A stretch of DNA of 62,947 nt, counting the filler, from Collodictyon triciliatum (taxonomy: Eukaryota): NCBI GenBank assembly GCA_043381765.1. It is 10 parts of 10 records of this genome, joined end to end, with 100 filler letters (N's around TTAATTAATTAA, not from the genome) between each part and the next. Parts side by side here need not be neighbours in the genome. Positions count along the whole stretch, not along the records: positions 39,046 to 45,452 come from JBHJMP010004481.1; positions 45,553 to 51,974 come from JBHJMP010004482.1; positions 52,075 to 58,474 come from JBHJMP010004483.1; 7 more parts are not named here. The stretch is one strand, 5' to 3'. Positions 39,307-52,904 of the stretch are shown here, in pieces; within the stretch, counting starts at the first letter, position 1, and each line of letters starts with the position of its first letter. The notes under the pieces are model-generated. The model made no database searches, had not been told where the DNA came from, and saw only the letters and a list, made by a program, of their open reading frames with translations. The position numbers were made by a program, and so were the translations under genes.

Positions 39307-42300
39307 GAATTCCGTGAATCTCAGGGGCAACTAACGAGACTGTACAGCAAAATCAACACTGCCAGCTCAGAGGTGTATATGAAATATATAGCAGCGCTTT
39401 TTATGATTTCTTTTGTCTATTTTACAGTAAGATCCATCGATAGTGTTTTCTAATTTTATATTTATCATATGCTTTAAAATTTATGAAAATTATTCATTTA
39501 CTGTTTCCACGCTGCTTTCAAAAGCAACAATTGGCTATTGAACAAGAAAACGACCGACTTCGGAAGCAACTAGAGTCGAAAAACTCATATGTATTTTTCT
39601 CCTATAAATCCATGGCGTTTTCTTTTTTGGTATCCTTTACAAAAATGTATCACTTTTTTTTTAACTATTATACTCATCAATATAGAACGATCATCTTAAA
39701 CAGGAATTGGATTCAGAAAGGTCAAAATACTCCCAAAGTGCCGCAAAGGTATTCAAGAATTTCCTATTGAAGATAAATCATTAGATCTTTTTCAAGTATT
39801 TTGTATTCAAGTCCAAATTTTTTTAATTCTGTGACGTTTCTAGCTACCAAGTTTTTATATAAAATGAAATTAAAAACGAAATATATAAAAATGAAATAGA
39901 ACTAAAGTAACCTAATTATGCGACCGGTCATATTCTTATGAATAGATTGGACTTCTCGAAAGGCAAGTCAAAACGATAAAAGCAGAAAATGAGGACCTTC
40001 AAAATAATCTACATGACATTCAACTCAAGTACGTGTGCTTATCATATTCATAATCATCTAGTTTTTATTTATCGATGATTTTTTTGAATTGCCACATTTA
40101 AATAGACTGGAAATGGAGAGGAATAAATTCAAGAGTCTCGAGCAAGAATATATCGGTATGCACATAATTTGACTGCAACATATGTCAGCATATTTGCCAA
40201 AGTAAAGATAATAATTGTAAATTACTCTCATATAAATCGTTTACATATTTTCCCCTTTTTTTCTTATTTAGTCATCGAAAAAGTAACTCTGCCTCAAAAG
40301 ACGGAAGAAATTAAAAGTACGCCTTTAATACTATGACGGGAAAGAACCGCATCATATTGTACAATTAAATAAATATCATTTTTAAATGTTTTATTCACAT
40401 AATTATTTTTTGGTCAAGACTTGCATCAAGAATGCGCCAAATTAAAGTCGTTACTAGACACCAAGCCACAAACACATGATGTCAGGGACTTGATACTTCA
40501 GTGTGACGAGTTAAGAAAAATTAGCGATTCTGTAAAGAAAACCAATGCCTTTTTAGAGAATGACCTTTCCTCAACAAAAAAGGTTTGCATTCTTACATAA
40601 AAACCATTTCAAACACCTAACGAATGTATGTCTTTTGAATATTCAAATGCAGCTTGAACAGATACCAACCCTAAAATATTTGCCTTTTTGCCTTTTTGCC
40701 TTTTTGCCTTTTTGCCATTTTCGTCTTTTTCGTCTTATTTCGTCTTTTTCTTCTTTTTCGTCTTTTCAGAAACTTATGGAAGCAAGAGAGCTGATTGATT
40801 CTTTAAAAAAATCGACTGCACCAAATATAAAACCTTCTGAGTATAAGTCTGCTGGGATGAGTGCTGAATACGAAGCACCAGAGTCTCAGACACACGAATC
40901 TGGGCCGTATAATACGCATGCATCAATAATAGAGTTACAAAGAGTATAAACCTTTAGTTTACTTATAATAATTAGTATGCTCTCGATATAATATTTCCCC
41001 CAAATATTATCATTCTCACAGGTTCACCAATTGTTCTTGGAGGGCCTGCTAAATCGCCTGTGTTCCATTTTTCCAGAGGATGGTCATGTAATCATTACTA
41101 TTTAACTGGAAATAAAAGCTTCCGTTACGTTTTTTTCTCTTAGTACCTCTCCTTAACTGTTAGATAATTAGCACCACATCTTTTTAAATTCCGTTTCTAT
41201 TTTTTTATTTGTTAAAATTATACGATTTCAGATATATTTCTTTACCTGTATGGGGTATTGTCCTGTTTTTGTTTTATCTTTAATACAAAGCAACAGTTTA
41301 CTTATATATGTTTTCTTAAAACACCCCCATAGACACAAGAAAATAGCTCTTCCGACAAAGGAAAGCCTATTCCACAGAAAATAACACAAAAGTTACAGGT
41401 TTCTAAATTTTATGTCAGTTATTTATGCAACAATCCACATCAATTACTTTTTTCTGAAATCATGTTACTGTATGGTTTTGAGATGATTAAAATTGTTCTT
41501 TTCACATCATCCATCATTGAAGAGAATAGAGGATGACATAGCAAGGAGAGAGATAGCTTTGTCGCGATTGCACCAAGAATGGAATGCTGTTCTCCAGTGA
41601 GACTATTATCTCATTAATTGGGGTATTAATTCAATATCCCTAGAGTTTTATTAAAATTTTACGACACCACTTTTTTCTCAAAAAAGTTCAAAGATGGTGA
41701 GCATGGGAAAGCTGGAGTCAAAATATGAACTAAATCTTCAAGAACAAGAAAAACTCCGCGTTTGTGCTGAATTAGATTGCTCTTTTCATTATCAACAACA
41801 GTATTATTTAATTCATGTCATTGACTGTCTATCCACTTTCCTGTTATCTCATAGGATGAAGTAAATCAGCTGAAACGACAACTCGCTCAATCACATACAT
41901 CAAAAACTGTGTATGTTCTCAACTAGGGATCCATTCAATCATTCTGTTGATTTTCTCGGATTTATTTTGAGAGACAATTTTTTTTTAAAAAAAATAATCT
42001 TGCTATGCGTACCTATATTATGAAAGCTCACATTACCATCGTTTTTTTTTAATACCATTATTATTATTTGACTCATTTATCCTTTGTTACCACATTAGCA
42101 CAAGACCCGTTTCTGATGTCCAGATTGACGAGAGTGTGAAGGTAGAATTGATTATTTTTTTTGTTTACCAATATTCATTTTTCATGAAATCCACAAGAAT
42201 TAACTTCAAGTATAAGGGGGCTTATGTATTCAAGGATCTTTTCATTCATCACTTTTATTTGGGGGTACAGGAGCTAATGCGTTTGCTGCGTGGAGCAAAG

Positions 42301-42751
42301 ATGGATCTTATTCAAGGACGTGAGGTTCGGTGTGATAGCCTTAAAAACTAAAATTCTTCTGGGTTTTACCAGAAGTGATAGATGACTCCCTATTGTAATA
42401 ATTTTTTTTTAAAAAAAAAAGTAATACATATTGATGAACTATTTTTCACAGGACTCAGAGCTATGGCAGTCTCTCCATTTTCGATTAAGTCAAATATCTG
42501 AGGCCAATACACTTTTGAAACGAGAAATTGAAGACCGAAAAATTGAAGAAGAATATCTTCGCAAAAAGCTATTTCTTTTGAGAGATGAGGTATAACTTTA
42601 ATATCGCATATAAATAAAATAAATGCGTTTGTATATTTTTCACCAATTTAACTGAGAGCGAAATCATAGCATTTAAGAGGACATTTCTATATGCATATTC
42701 TCTATCGCGCACAAATTGAAAGGAAGATTAAAGAAAACCAATAAAATCTAA
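39307..42751 (+). CDS. Coiled-coil protein of unknown family, many short exons, 5' end missing
   Basis: About 17 phase-compatible exons give a heptad-rich sequence (QQLAIEQENDRLRKQLE, IGLLERQVKTIKAENEDLQ, LKREIEDRKIEEEYLRKKL). The last exon is uncertain. Confidence 0.7.
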
Positions 42752-43419
42752 AGACTCTTTAAAATATTTAACGCATGGTGTTTAAAAGATGATTAAGTAT
42801 CATAATATGTCTCTAGTATCAAAGAGTCGTAGCCCAGATGCATGAAATGGCGAGACAGGTAAAACTATAAAAGACATGATTAATTGGTGAACCTCAGAAT
42901 AGTCGAATCAAATTAGTCCTAAATTACATCAAAGGGAATTAATTCATACGCTTATTCGTAAACAAATATTTTGAATAGCTGAGGATTCCTTCTGAATTTG
43001 TCGCGGTTAGGCAGGCCGAAGAATTTCTCGGCTCTGTCATCAATCCGCCTTCTCATCGCCATTGAGACCCTTCCAGCATACTGTCGCTTCTTGCTACCTT
43101 GACTGATAATTATTTCTTCTCTACTGAACAAGATAACACAACTATAAAATGAATGAATAGACCAAGACATAGATGTTTATAAATTCTTACTTTATTGATT
43201 CAGGCAACCACAAAGCTCCAGATTAATGCATTCTTATGTTAATCTGAACTATAATTTGGTGAGCTCGAAAAACTCAATGGAGAGGTACAGATACGAGAAT
43301 TAGTCACAGGCTTGCCCTAAACTCTATCATTCTAGATATCGCATATTAATTTTCAAAAAACAAAAGAAAAAAAAAGGTACTGGGCTACACAAATCAAGTA
43401 GTTCAGTTTTTTTTTTTTT

Positions 43420-43756
43420 TTAAAAAAAAAAGTCGGGTTCAATCGAGTCTGCAGTTTCTACGACAATGTCAATGGGTCGCTGTGAAGCATCTGTCATTTT
43501 GACAGGTTCAATCAGCATTGGTTCTGTTTTGGCGAGGCTGATGATTTTTGAGAAGGTGCTCTGCAAAAAGATAAATTCGTGGCAATTTAGATTTCAATAA
43601 TACGCAAAATAGCGGAATACTTTATCGAGGCAAGCGTTGATAACCTTGATGAAAGGCGCCATCGTATCAGGCTCCTGACGGAAAAAGTACACAAGACCAC
43701 CTATCGACAAAGCGAAAGGATACACTTCTCCATTAGGAATCGATGACACCCATTTT
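43420..43756 (-). pseudogene. Two-exon C-terminal fragment resembling TMEM135/PMP52; no upstream exons found
   Basis: KWVSSIPNGEVYPFALSIGGLVYFFRQEPDTMAPFIKVI followed by a GT-AG intron. Confidence 0.35.
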
Positions 43757-44888
43757 CTGAGGAATTATTGTCCTTGAAGCATAATATGTTATTCAACCAT
43801 AACACACACAGAAACAAAAACGTGCTCGTCCATGAGACTCATCGATTTTTCAGGATTAGCTAAAAAAAAAATAATATTTTTTTTTAATTCTAAAAGTCTA
43901 AGCTGTTGAGTCCGTCTCAACAATCTTTCATTCAACCATCAGGCAAGTAGTTCCAAAGTAGGTGGTGATGTGTGCGAGATAGAAAAGAAAAACAGGGATA
44001 TAGATAAAAGAAAATAAAGGAAAAAGGGAAAAGAGATGTCCTTGAGGCTTGATAAGAGACGCATGGATTTCTTTTGGGGACGCGTGATAGTGTCCCACGA
44101 GTATGAGAAAAAAAGGGACGGGTGATATTGATTGGATGGAGGTGGGGGAATACTGTTTTGATGGCGCAAGGTGTCGAAAAGGATGGTGAAAAGAGAAGTG
44201 AGGTTCGTTTGATAAGCACTAGGTCGAGTGCAAAGAGGACTTCTCTGCATGGTTGACTCACCTCCTTCCAGATCGTATTAGGGTCTTAAATTCGCAACAT
44301 TAAATTAGAAGATTAAGGTTGTTTCTTGGGCAAGTGTGTCTCTTAGTTTCTCAATCAAAATGATATTTGAGGTATGAAAAGAAAAAAAGAAAAAGAAAAG
44401 AAAAGAAGAAAAAAGAAGAAAAAAAGAAGAAAAAAAGAAGAAAAGAAGAAAGAAAAGAAGAAAGAAAAGAAGAAAGAAAAGAAGAAAGAAAAGAAGAAAA
44501 GAAGAAAAGAAGAAAGAAAAAGAAAAAGAAAAAGAAAAGAAAAAAGAATTGACATAAGCTTAATAAAGAGAAGGAAAAGAAAGAACCACAACCATGGACA
44601 CGAACCAAGCCACCGAACCAACAGAGGCAGCGCCCGCCCGCGTCCCACAAGTCCAGCACCTGATTCAAGCCATGTTCGCAACACACAGCAGCGTCTTCCT
44701 GCAGGATCTCCAACCGCTCCTTCTCGACAACGTCTCCTTCCCAAGCAGCCAACACAGCCAAGGCCGATGCACACGCGGGACTTGCAGCCACATTATCTCA
44801 CACAAAGCCCGAGAGGCAGGCTTCACTGGAGACCCTGTAATATCTCGGCCGAGCGCTCCCGCTCATCAGCAAGGAATGGTCGCTGGGC

Positions 44889-45048
44889 CAATTGGCCGCA
44901 TGGCAGGACCATCTGCAGACGTGGCTGGACTAAAACAATTGGCCGCATGGCAGGACCATCTGCAGACGTGGCTGGACTAAAGCAATTGGCCGCATGGCAG
45001 GACCATCTACAGACGTGGCTGAACTAAAGCAATTGGCCAAATGGCAGG
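44889..45048. repeat. 47-bp minisatellite, about 3.4 copies
   Basis: The unit CAATTGGCCGCATGGCAGGACCATCTGCAGACGTGGCTGGACTAAA(A/G) starts at 44889, 44936, 44983 and 45030. Confidence 0.9.
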
Positions 45049-46671
45049 CGCTTCTGGACCGGCTGACCCTTTCGGTGTGGATGCATTGGCAGGAGATGGG
45101 CTGGTGAGTTGGGCGGTTGATATGCTCCGAGCCATGGGACTTCTTGCGTCGTTTGCATCGCCTGCATCGCCTGGAAAGGGCGGCTCTCTTCCCACGGGCC
45201 GGCCGAAGTCGCTTAGCATGAGCAGCGTCTCTCGGACGCAGTCTGCGCAGAATCTTTTGCCGGTTGCTGTGCTTGCGCTTGGGGAAACCGGGAACGAACT
45301 TGCTCGATGCTCTGGCTGGGGTGCGCGGGCAAACATCTCGGAGGCGGGGCTTGAGAAGTTTATGGCCAGGCTTGTCTACAGCCCTGTGGTGCTTCTGGAC
45401 CAGTGGGAAGTGAGTCTCGCGTCGGAGGCAAGTGATGCTGGGGAGTTGGCTGNNNNNNNNNNNNNNNNNNNNNNNNNNNNNNNNNNNNNNNNNNNNTTAA
45501 TTAATTAANNNNNNNNNNNNNNNNNNNNNNNNNNNNNNNNNNNNNNNNNNNNCTGGCGGAGACTTCTTCACAAATATGACCCTGTTAAAGAGGTCGAAAC
45601 AAATGCACTCAGCGCAGAACCCGACACATCTTCCATCCAAACCAAAGAGAAAGCAGACTTAACCCCTAGCTGATTTGGGGACCTTTCTCAGGAACACATC
45701 ATCATTTTGTTCATAAAGTGTTAAATGCACAAAACAAGGAGCCTTCAAGAAGAAACTTTCACTATGCCCCAGTTCATATCAAATGGGACACACCAAACAC
45801 CAAGAAGGCCAGTGAAGCGATTAAGACGTGTTCATCGTATATAGATGTCTTGCATGATAGTAAAAACAACGACTTTCTTGGCTCTGTAGACTCCTTTCTT
45901 TGCTGAACCGTTGGTAGTCTATTACTCTCGTGGAGTATGGTTGCTGATCGAGAAACTAAAGCATCGACAATGATACGAACCCGGACTCACTCTCTGGGAG
46001 AAGTTTGGATGCATGGCTGTGCATCTCTTTCTTCAGCGCACCCAGTGTAACCCAGTCCACAGCCTTTGTTTTAAATCCTCTCAAAATCCCAATCGTGCGA
46101 GAGAAATTAAAGAAGCAAAATAAGTGACGCAGTTCACCATAGCAATGGGAAATTGATTAATGTTAATCCATAAGAGTTGCTTTGAATGCAAGAGTGAGAG
46201 GTTGATGTGTCAGAAAACTTTAGCGTGAAGGCAACCACCAAAACAGCCTAGACAAAGAAACAGAGACAGAGATTTCCGGATGAAGAAGCGATGGCAGAAG
46301 TGTCATCTGGGTTCTGAAGAAGAGAGCTTCTCCCTTGGTCGCGGTATTTTATGATTATTTTTTTTATTCTTTCTTTCAATTTTGCGCAGGATGGTGGGGA
46401 TGTTGGCTTTGGTTCGCTAGTCATTGTTTGCACGCGGTATTTTATGAGTTTAATTTGAAACCATTAATTGGACATTTATTACATCCTGTTTAAAAAGACT
46501 GGTGGTCCTGTTTCGCTTGCAGTGAGAAATGGAGAGGTGTTGATAATGACGATACAGGAGAACGATTCCCACCACTCTGGTAGATGGCATTCTGCTTGCT
46601 TTGAATATATGTGAACGGATTTTTATGATTTTTTCCACTAGATAATGAATCACTTTTGCCAACTTCACCAT

Positions 46672-46709
<38 letters not shown>

Positions 46710-46719
46710 CCAAACCTCC

Positions 46720-46753
<34 letters not shown>

Positions 46754-46785
46754 ACCGGAGTCGCTCGCTATGGCAATTTTACTTC

Positions 46786-46850
46786 TTTTTTTTCCCCCTT
46801 TATTCGATTCAAAGTGCAGCGAGGTTATGCCATACAAGGGGCGAGATAGG
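46786..46850 (-). mobile_element. 5'-truncated retroelement 3' end (about 55-60 nt plus polyA)
   Basis: The reverse complement CGCCCCTTGTATGGCATAACCTCGCTGCACTTTGAATCGAATAAAGG-A(n) nearly matches 54539-54610. Confidence 0.75.
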
Positions 46851-46925
46851 TGCAAACTGGCGTTTTTCTTAGAGCAGCGCTAATTGTTGTAGTTTTCTTT
46901 ATGCACTGTACTGACACAAAAGGTT

Positions 46926-48609
46926 TCAGTAGCGCGTAATCCGCGCACCGTAATAGTCAACTATGTACATATCATCGGATGGAGAAAAGCAAACACCCCG
47001 TGGGCTATGCGAGACAATAGAATGCAGATGCGCGCCCTCTCGGCTGTACATCCGAACCATTCTACCTTCCTCATCACTTACTATAAAACCACCACACGGG
47101 CCTTTACATATTCCGGACGGAGAATTCACATCCCTTAACTCGTGTGTCCGAAGATATACACCGGCCGTGGTGTAAACACGGACCTGGTTGACAGGTTGGA
47201 GTAGGACCAAGATTTCTTCAAAATCATTAACCGCAACACCCACAGGGATCAAAGCTGGTGCCTCAGTCAATCGCTTCTTATAAATAAATCGAACATAAAC
47301 ACCATCCATAGTAAACTTCTGGACTGTCGCATTCTTGGAGTCTGTCACATAAATATTTTCTTCGCCATCAAAAGCAACATATTTCGAAGAGCCCATAGAG
47401 AATCGACCAGGCCCGGAACCTTCTTCCCCAAAAAGCCTGCCGTGACCAAAAAAATCTGTGAAAAGCTGAATATAGTAAGAAGAATCGCAAATAGCAATTA
47501 GGCCCGACGGAGAGATGCTGATTGAGAACGGGTTTGTGAATCGCCCCACACCAAACCCTTTGCGCCCGAAACAGGATGACTGCTTCAATTCAAGGTCAAA
47601 TACTTGGATGCGGTGATTTCCGTACTCGGCCACACATATCTTGTTGATGATTGGGTTGTAGGCAACTCCCGTTGGTTGGTTGAAGGCCATGAGCCCAGAT
47701 CCGTATCCAATCACTTCACAATTCTTTTCTGTGATTGTCGTAGGGTTCCTACGCACGGGCTCGGGTGCTTGGTGATACCAGCGGTATTGGAGGTCGTCAT
47801 TTCGTTGAATATCAATCAAGCTTACCTCGCGTAGACTGAGTTTGGGGATGGAGAATACATTTGGGATTGTGTATTGAAGAATATTTTCAATCAGGCGCAG
47901 ATTTGCTTGGTTGGTACTAAATTCATTTTTCCTTGGCACCCTTGCAATTACTCTACACAGATGCTTGACAGGACTGATGCCTGATTCATAAAGGGAATGG
48001 CTCTTTGTCAGTTCCCTGGCTTTCCTTCGGATCTAGATGTAATACGATTCAAAAGAATATGTTTAGGTACTCGTAATAATGAATATAATGATATTAATGA
48101 TGATAATTATAATGAGAATGAGAATGAGAATGAGAATGAGAATGAGAATGAGAATGAGAATGAGAATGAGAATGATAATGATAATGATAATCAAAATAAT
48201 GAAAATAATGAAAATAATGAAAATAATGATAATAATGATAATAATGATAAAGTAAAAGAGAAGGCATAATTTCAGTTTACCAGCCTGATTGACCTCTTTT
48301 CGATTTCAGTCACTTTTTTATGGATTTCTGCTATGCGCTCAATGACCGCAGCGTCAAGCTCTTCGAATACGGCGCCTATCTATGTTTTCATGTCGAGAGT
48401 GCTTATTGTTTGTATAGTCTTCTGGATAGGGGTATTTCAGACAGGTTGGGCTCCCAAATGAAAATAATCACAAAACAAGTACATTTCGCTCCAAGTACCT
48501 GATCTATAGTGCTGTCGAAGGAGACAAAGCACGCCCTGGCATTAGCATGAATTCTTCTGGCGTCGTCTGGTAAATCACTCATATTGGTAATATCCTGGGT
48601 TTCAAGCAT
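46926..48609 (-). pseudogene. Coiled-coil plus NHL-repeat gene with an in-frame TAG in exon 2; NHL exon intact
   Basis: NHL repeats FNQPTGVA, VAEYGNHRIQVF, FTNPFSISI, IYVTDSKNATVQKF, SPRGVC. TAG at 48380-48382. Confidence 0.65.
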
Positions 48610-49189
48610 ATTGACTTCTGTTTCTTCTGCCTCCTATTCAGCGCATTGTTAGACTTATTGTAGAGCCAGCCGAACTTTTCTTTCGCTAGCGCGCCTGCGT
48701 TGCTGGGTGGGATAATTTATTCGGGCCTCACCAGCCTATCGGAAGCAGGCCCGCTAGTGGCCCAGTTTTTTATATCAATAGCAGATTCGAAAATCGCAAA
48801 GGTGCCATATGTAAGAGGCAATCGCTCTTCATAGCATATGGGACAGTCGGCTGATGTTCACACCGATTCAATCGACAAACTCGCATGGCCGTCAGTGCTG
48901 TTGCGCCTTGTGCTGAGCAACTTTATCCAACGTCTTAAAGAAAACCTGAAAAAAAAAAAAAGATGGGGTAATACCCCAATGTGAATATGAGAAACAGAGG
49001 AACGCAGCATTTATACTTTGGTTTTTATGGGCTTAAAACCCAAGCGCAGCCCAAACACGTGTTATCTCGTCACCACTTCTGCGAAGAACACATACTTTGC
49101 CACATCATCGCGCGGTTACTTCACTTTTCTGGAATGTGCAAAGGGAAGAAGGACACCGCCCACTGCATCTGCCGGTTTGCCCGCCGAAC

Positions 49190-50946
49190 TCAATAGTAAA
49201 CCACACGCGCAGGCTCGGAGAGGATTGCGTACAACCGGTCACTGGCGCCAAATGCAATACCATGGACCTTATCGGCCGGGATTGAGTGGCACAGTTCGCC
49301 GCCCTTGTTGAAATACTGAAGGGCTGATTTCGAGCGGTTCGTAACAACAAAGCCGCCATTCGTGCCGCGACAAAGGTGCTCGGAACCAGTTACGCGGTCG
49401 ATTGGTACACGCACCAGGAATTCTGGGGTGTTGTTGTATACATGAATGTGATTTTCATCCTCAGCAGCAATCACAAGGTTATCGTCATCAGTTATGGTAA
49501 TGCCCCAAGCCCATCCCACAGGTACGGCAGAACCACTATTCCCAAAAATGCAAATAAATATCCCATCCTCAGAGTACATTTGCATCTGGCGGTTGGCGCC
49601 ATCAGATATGAAAAGGTTTCCTTTGGTGTCAAACGCCACACTTTGGGGATAGTAGAAAGAACTCGGACTGTTTGGCGTGTTCCTTCCAATCACAACCATT
49701 TTTTCCATGTTGCTATCAAACAGGCGAATAGTAGAATCACCGTTGCTGACGACAGCGATAGTCCCGTTCAATGAAATGGCAATTCCACGAGGTGCTTTCA
49801 AAGCAGGAAAGGTTTCTGATGAAGGAGACACGACGCGACGGAAATTGAGCTCGGGGTCTAGAATTAATACACTTCCAGAGTTGGAGCACGTTATGTATAC
49901 ATCCTGCGTGACTGGATGGACGGCCATGCCATACATGTAATCCACTCCTTGGCAAGGAAGTGCAGATATGGGGACAGTTTTTTGGATGCAAGTGATAGTT
50001 TCCGGGTTGCGTGTGACTGGTGGAAACCCTGTATAAAATGAACGTGTTGGCAGTGGCATGAGTGCCGGTTGAGGGCCTGTTGCTTTGGTTAGAAGTTCAG
50101 GTATGGAAAACAAGATATGCCTTGGTAGCAAAGTGCACTCGTGCTTTTCAAATAATGCAGATAAAACTTTGCGCAAATGGTGCTTGAAGAAAGCATCATC
50201 GATTTTTTTCATCTTGCATTGGGAGATTGCAGTAATATATTGCATTTTCGTTCTTACTATCGATTCTTCGAAATTGATCGGCTTCAATGAACTTATGCGG
50301 CAAGCATCCAACTTAAAAAGGACATAGTTGTTTGTTTCTGGTTAATTAATACATCGATATTTTTTGAACAATTTAACTTGATATACATGAAATGATTAAA
50401 CATGGTATTTGGAATTATACACATATTAATTTAAGAATATATGTATGTGTGAAAATAAAGTTCTCAGATTAGGATAGAAAGGGATATAATTGTGCACTAT
50501 AATGAAATATATGCGCGCAAGCGAAAATACAGTAAAGTTCCAAGATGAGCGTTTTTGGAGGCTATTTTATTTTATTTTTTCGTTTGTTTATTTTTGTTTA
50601 TAATTTATATTTTTTTCATAGAGCTCACGAACCTGGTTTTGAAGCTCTTGCTGGGTGAGTTGAAGAGACTCTGTAAGATGACTGAAATATTGATTCAACT
50701 CCTTGAGCTTATCCTCACTAAGCTCTTCGATCTGAATAAAAAAAAAAAAAAGGAAAATTATTATGAAGGTTAGTAGGAATGAGGTATAGTTGGCTCTTTC
50801 CAAAGAAAGGTTACACGGGCATTATTGAAACATTTAGACGTGTTCCTCTGGTCATAACATACACGATCCATGGCCTTTTCGTAGCCTTCAGAAGAATACG
50901 ACGCCCTTTTCCTTGACTCCTTCGCCTTTTCCAGTTGATTGCCCAT
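49190..50946 (-). CDS. Coiled-coil plus NHL-repeat beta-propeller protein, three exons
   Basis: ATG at 50946 (MGNQLEKAK), two in-phase introns, and NHL motifs LKAPRGIAIS, FYYPQSVAFDTKGNLFISDGANRQMQMY, WAWGITIT. Confidence 0.85.
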
Positions 50947-52075
50947 GTATATCTTTTTGCCAAAGTACTCGGCTTGACCTTTATGCGTTGCTACTTTTGT
51001 AAAGACGCGTTGGTTTTTCTTTCAAGTCGATCTGCGCTTTGTGCGTCGTGCGCTTCGTGTGCGATTCGGCGGTGTGCCTGACTCGACACCCACTGCCGCC
51101 AAAAGTATTCCATTTGCTTATCATCCATTTATGGAAAATATAATTAAGATGCTAAATTGTTTAAAATTTCATTGTTTTAGCCTTTATTATTCAAGAACTT
51201 GCAATTTAATGATCGATTCACATTTTATAATCGCATGAATTTGGCAGGCGGAGCGCGCACGTGCAATTGAAAACGCCTGTTTTCTCAGTCCCTTTGTTGT
51301 CACCCCGTTGCTCACCAGCGATGCGTAGCATTTTATCGGCGGGCCGCAATTATGCTTGATTTTTTTTTAATGGGCCACTCGAGAGAAATTCTTTCAATTC
51401 TTTTTTCTCATCTAACGCGCCTGAATGAACAACTAACCCCATTCCCGCACCACTCTCGTGATAGCACGCACCGGAGCTTCCATTTTTTTTTTAAAAAAAA
51501 AAAACAATTTTGAAAGAATATAGGTTAAATACAGATACGATTGCCACAAAAACATCATCAGAAAAGATTGCATGTTAGCAGGAAAATTATCTCATGTGAT
51601 TAAATAGTTGCACTCGGGCATTATGCCATGTATGTTGTCTAGTAATAAGCATTAGATGAGAAAATATGGCAAGCCTTTCAGGATTTGTGTTTCTTCAACG
51701 GAGGCCCAAACGCGATTTCAAAGCTATAGAATCTGAACTTATAAAGGAAAATTAGATAAAATAAAAGGGATTATTATCCAAATGGACCTCTTGGTAAAGT
51801 GTAGAGATAAGTCCATGGACTGCTTGGCGCCCTGCGATATCCTGAATGAATTTTTCCTTTTTTTTCTTTTCTTTTCTTTTCTTTTCTTTTCTTTTCTTTT
51901 CTTTTCTTTTCTTTTCTTTTCTTTTCTTTTCTTTTCTTTTCTTTTCTTTTCTTTTCTTTTCTTTTCTTTTCTTTNNNNNNNNNNNNNNNNNNNNNNNNNN
52001 NNNNNNNNNNNNNNNNNNTTAATTAATTAANNNNNNNNNNNNNNNNNNNNNNNNNNNNNNNNNNNNNNNNNNNNT

Positions 52076-52195
52076 TTTTGCAAAACCAAAGGGAAACGTG
52101 GTTTTTGTGCAAAACCAAAGGGAAACGTGGTTTTTGTGCAAAACCAAAGGGAAACGTGGTTTTTGTGCAAAACCAAAGGGAAACGTGGTTTTGCA
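52076..52195. repeat. 29-bp tandem repeat with an internal hairpin, at least 4 copies, cut by the contig start
   Basis: CAAAACCAAAGGGAAACGTGGTTTTTGTG starts at 52081, 52110, 52139 and 52168. Confidence 0.9.
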
Positions 52196-52904
52196 TTCAG
52201 CCTGTAAATAGAAAAAAAAATTCATTACAAAGGTTGCGACGAACTTGGTTTTATCCCTTTCAAGGCACAACACTTTTCATACAACGATAGTGTACCCATA
52301 GATACAGCAGTTTATTGCACAGACAACCATCGAATTAAATCTGAGTTGACAAAAGCAGGAGCTTTGATGAATCCAAGAAACAACCTGAATAATATAATAG
52401 TATGACTAGTAGTATAATATAATAAGATTAAAAAAATACTTAAAAATCTCATTCCATTCATGTAATCGGCTTATATTTTAATTTTCATTTATGTAAATAT
52501 TGTTTCACATAAAACTCAAAAATTACAAAGAAGCCCTTGTGTTGGCCCAGACAAAACCAACCCTATAAACCTGCCACCAAACATGCATTTCAAAAAAGCA
52601 TACTATCCACAATTGCGGCGGTAATCATGTTGTTTGGGGCCGATATGTTGACTTTCAGTCGCAACGGCTATAAGGCCGTCCTTTCGAACTCGCCGAGTCG
52701 GCTCTCAGCGTTTTGTCACAAATCACTTAAAATAAACTTTGAGTTTTCCATAATGCGCACATTTTAAGAGCCTTGATAGATGCTTAATTTTACCTGAATT
52801 GATTCTGTGCAGTTGTTTTTGTGAAATTAACAATAGACTAAAGTTTTATTAAAATTGAAAACTCTGTAGTTTTCTAAAGGAAAATGTAAAACAAAGACTT
52901 TCAG

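Noticed and set aside
39630-39640. GTATCCTTT as a second U12 donor
   Set aside because: It lies inside an intron already explained by the GT donor at about 39591; using it would add an implausible Phe-rich stretch.
48380-48382. Stop-codon reassignment (TAG = Gln)
   Set aside because: TAG, TAA and TGA each terminate intact genes here (34184, 12394, 4002), and long exons contain no in-frame stops.
52076-52195. Possible CRISPR array (29-bp palindromic repeat)
   Set aside because: Head-to-tail repeats with no spacers, no cas genes, eukaryotic context.
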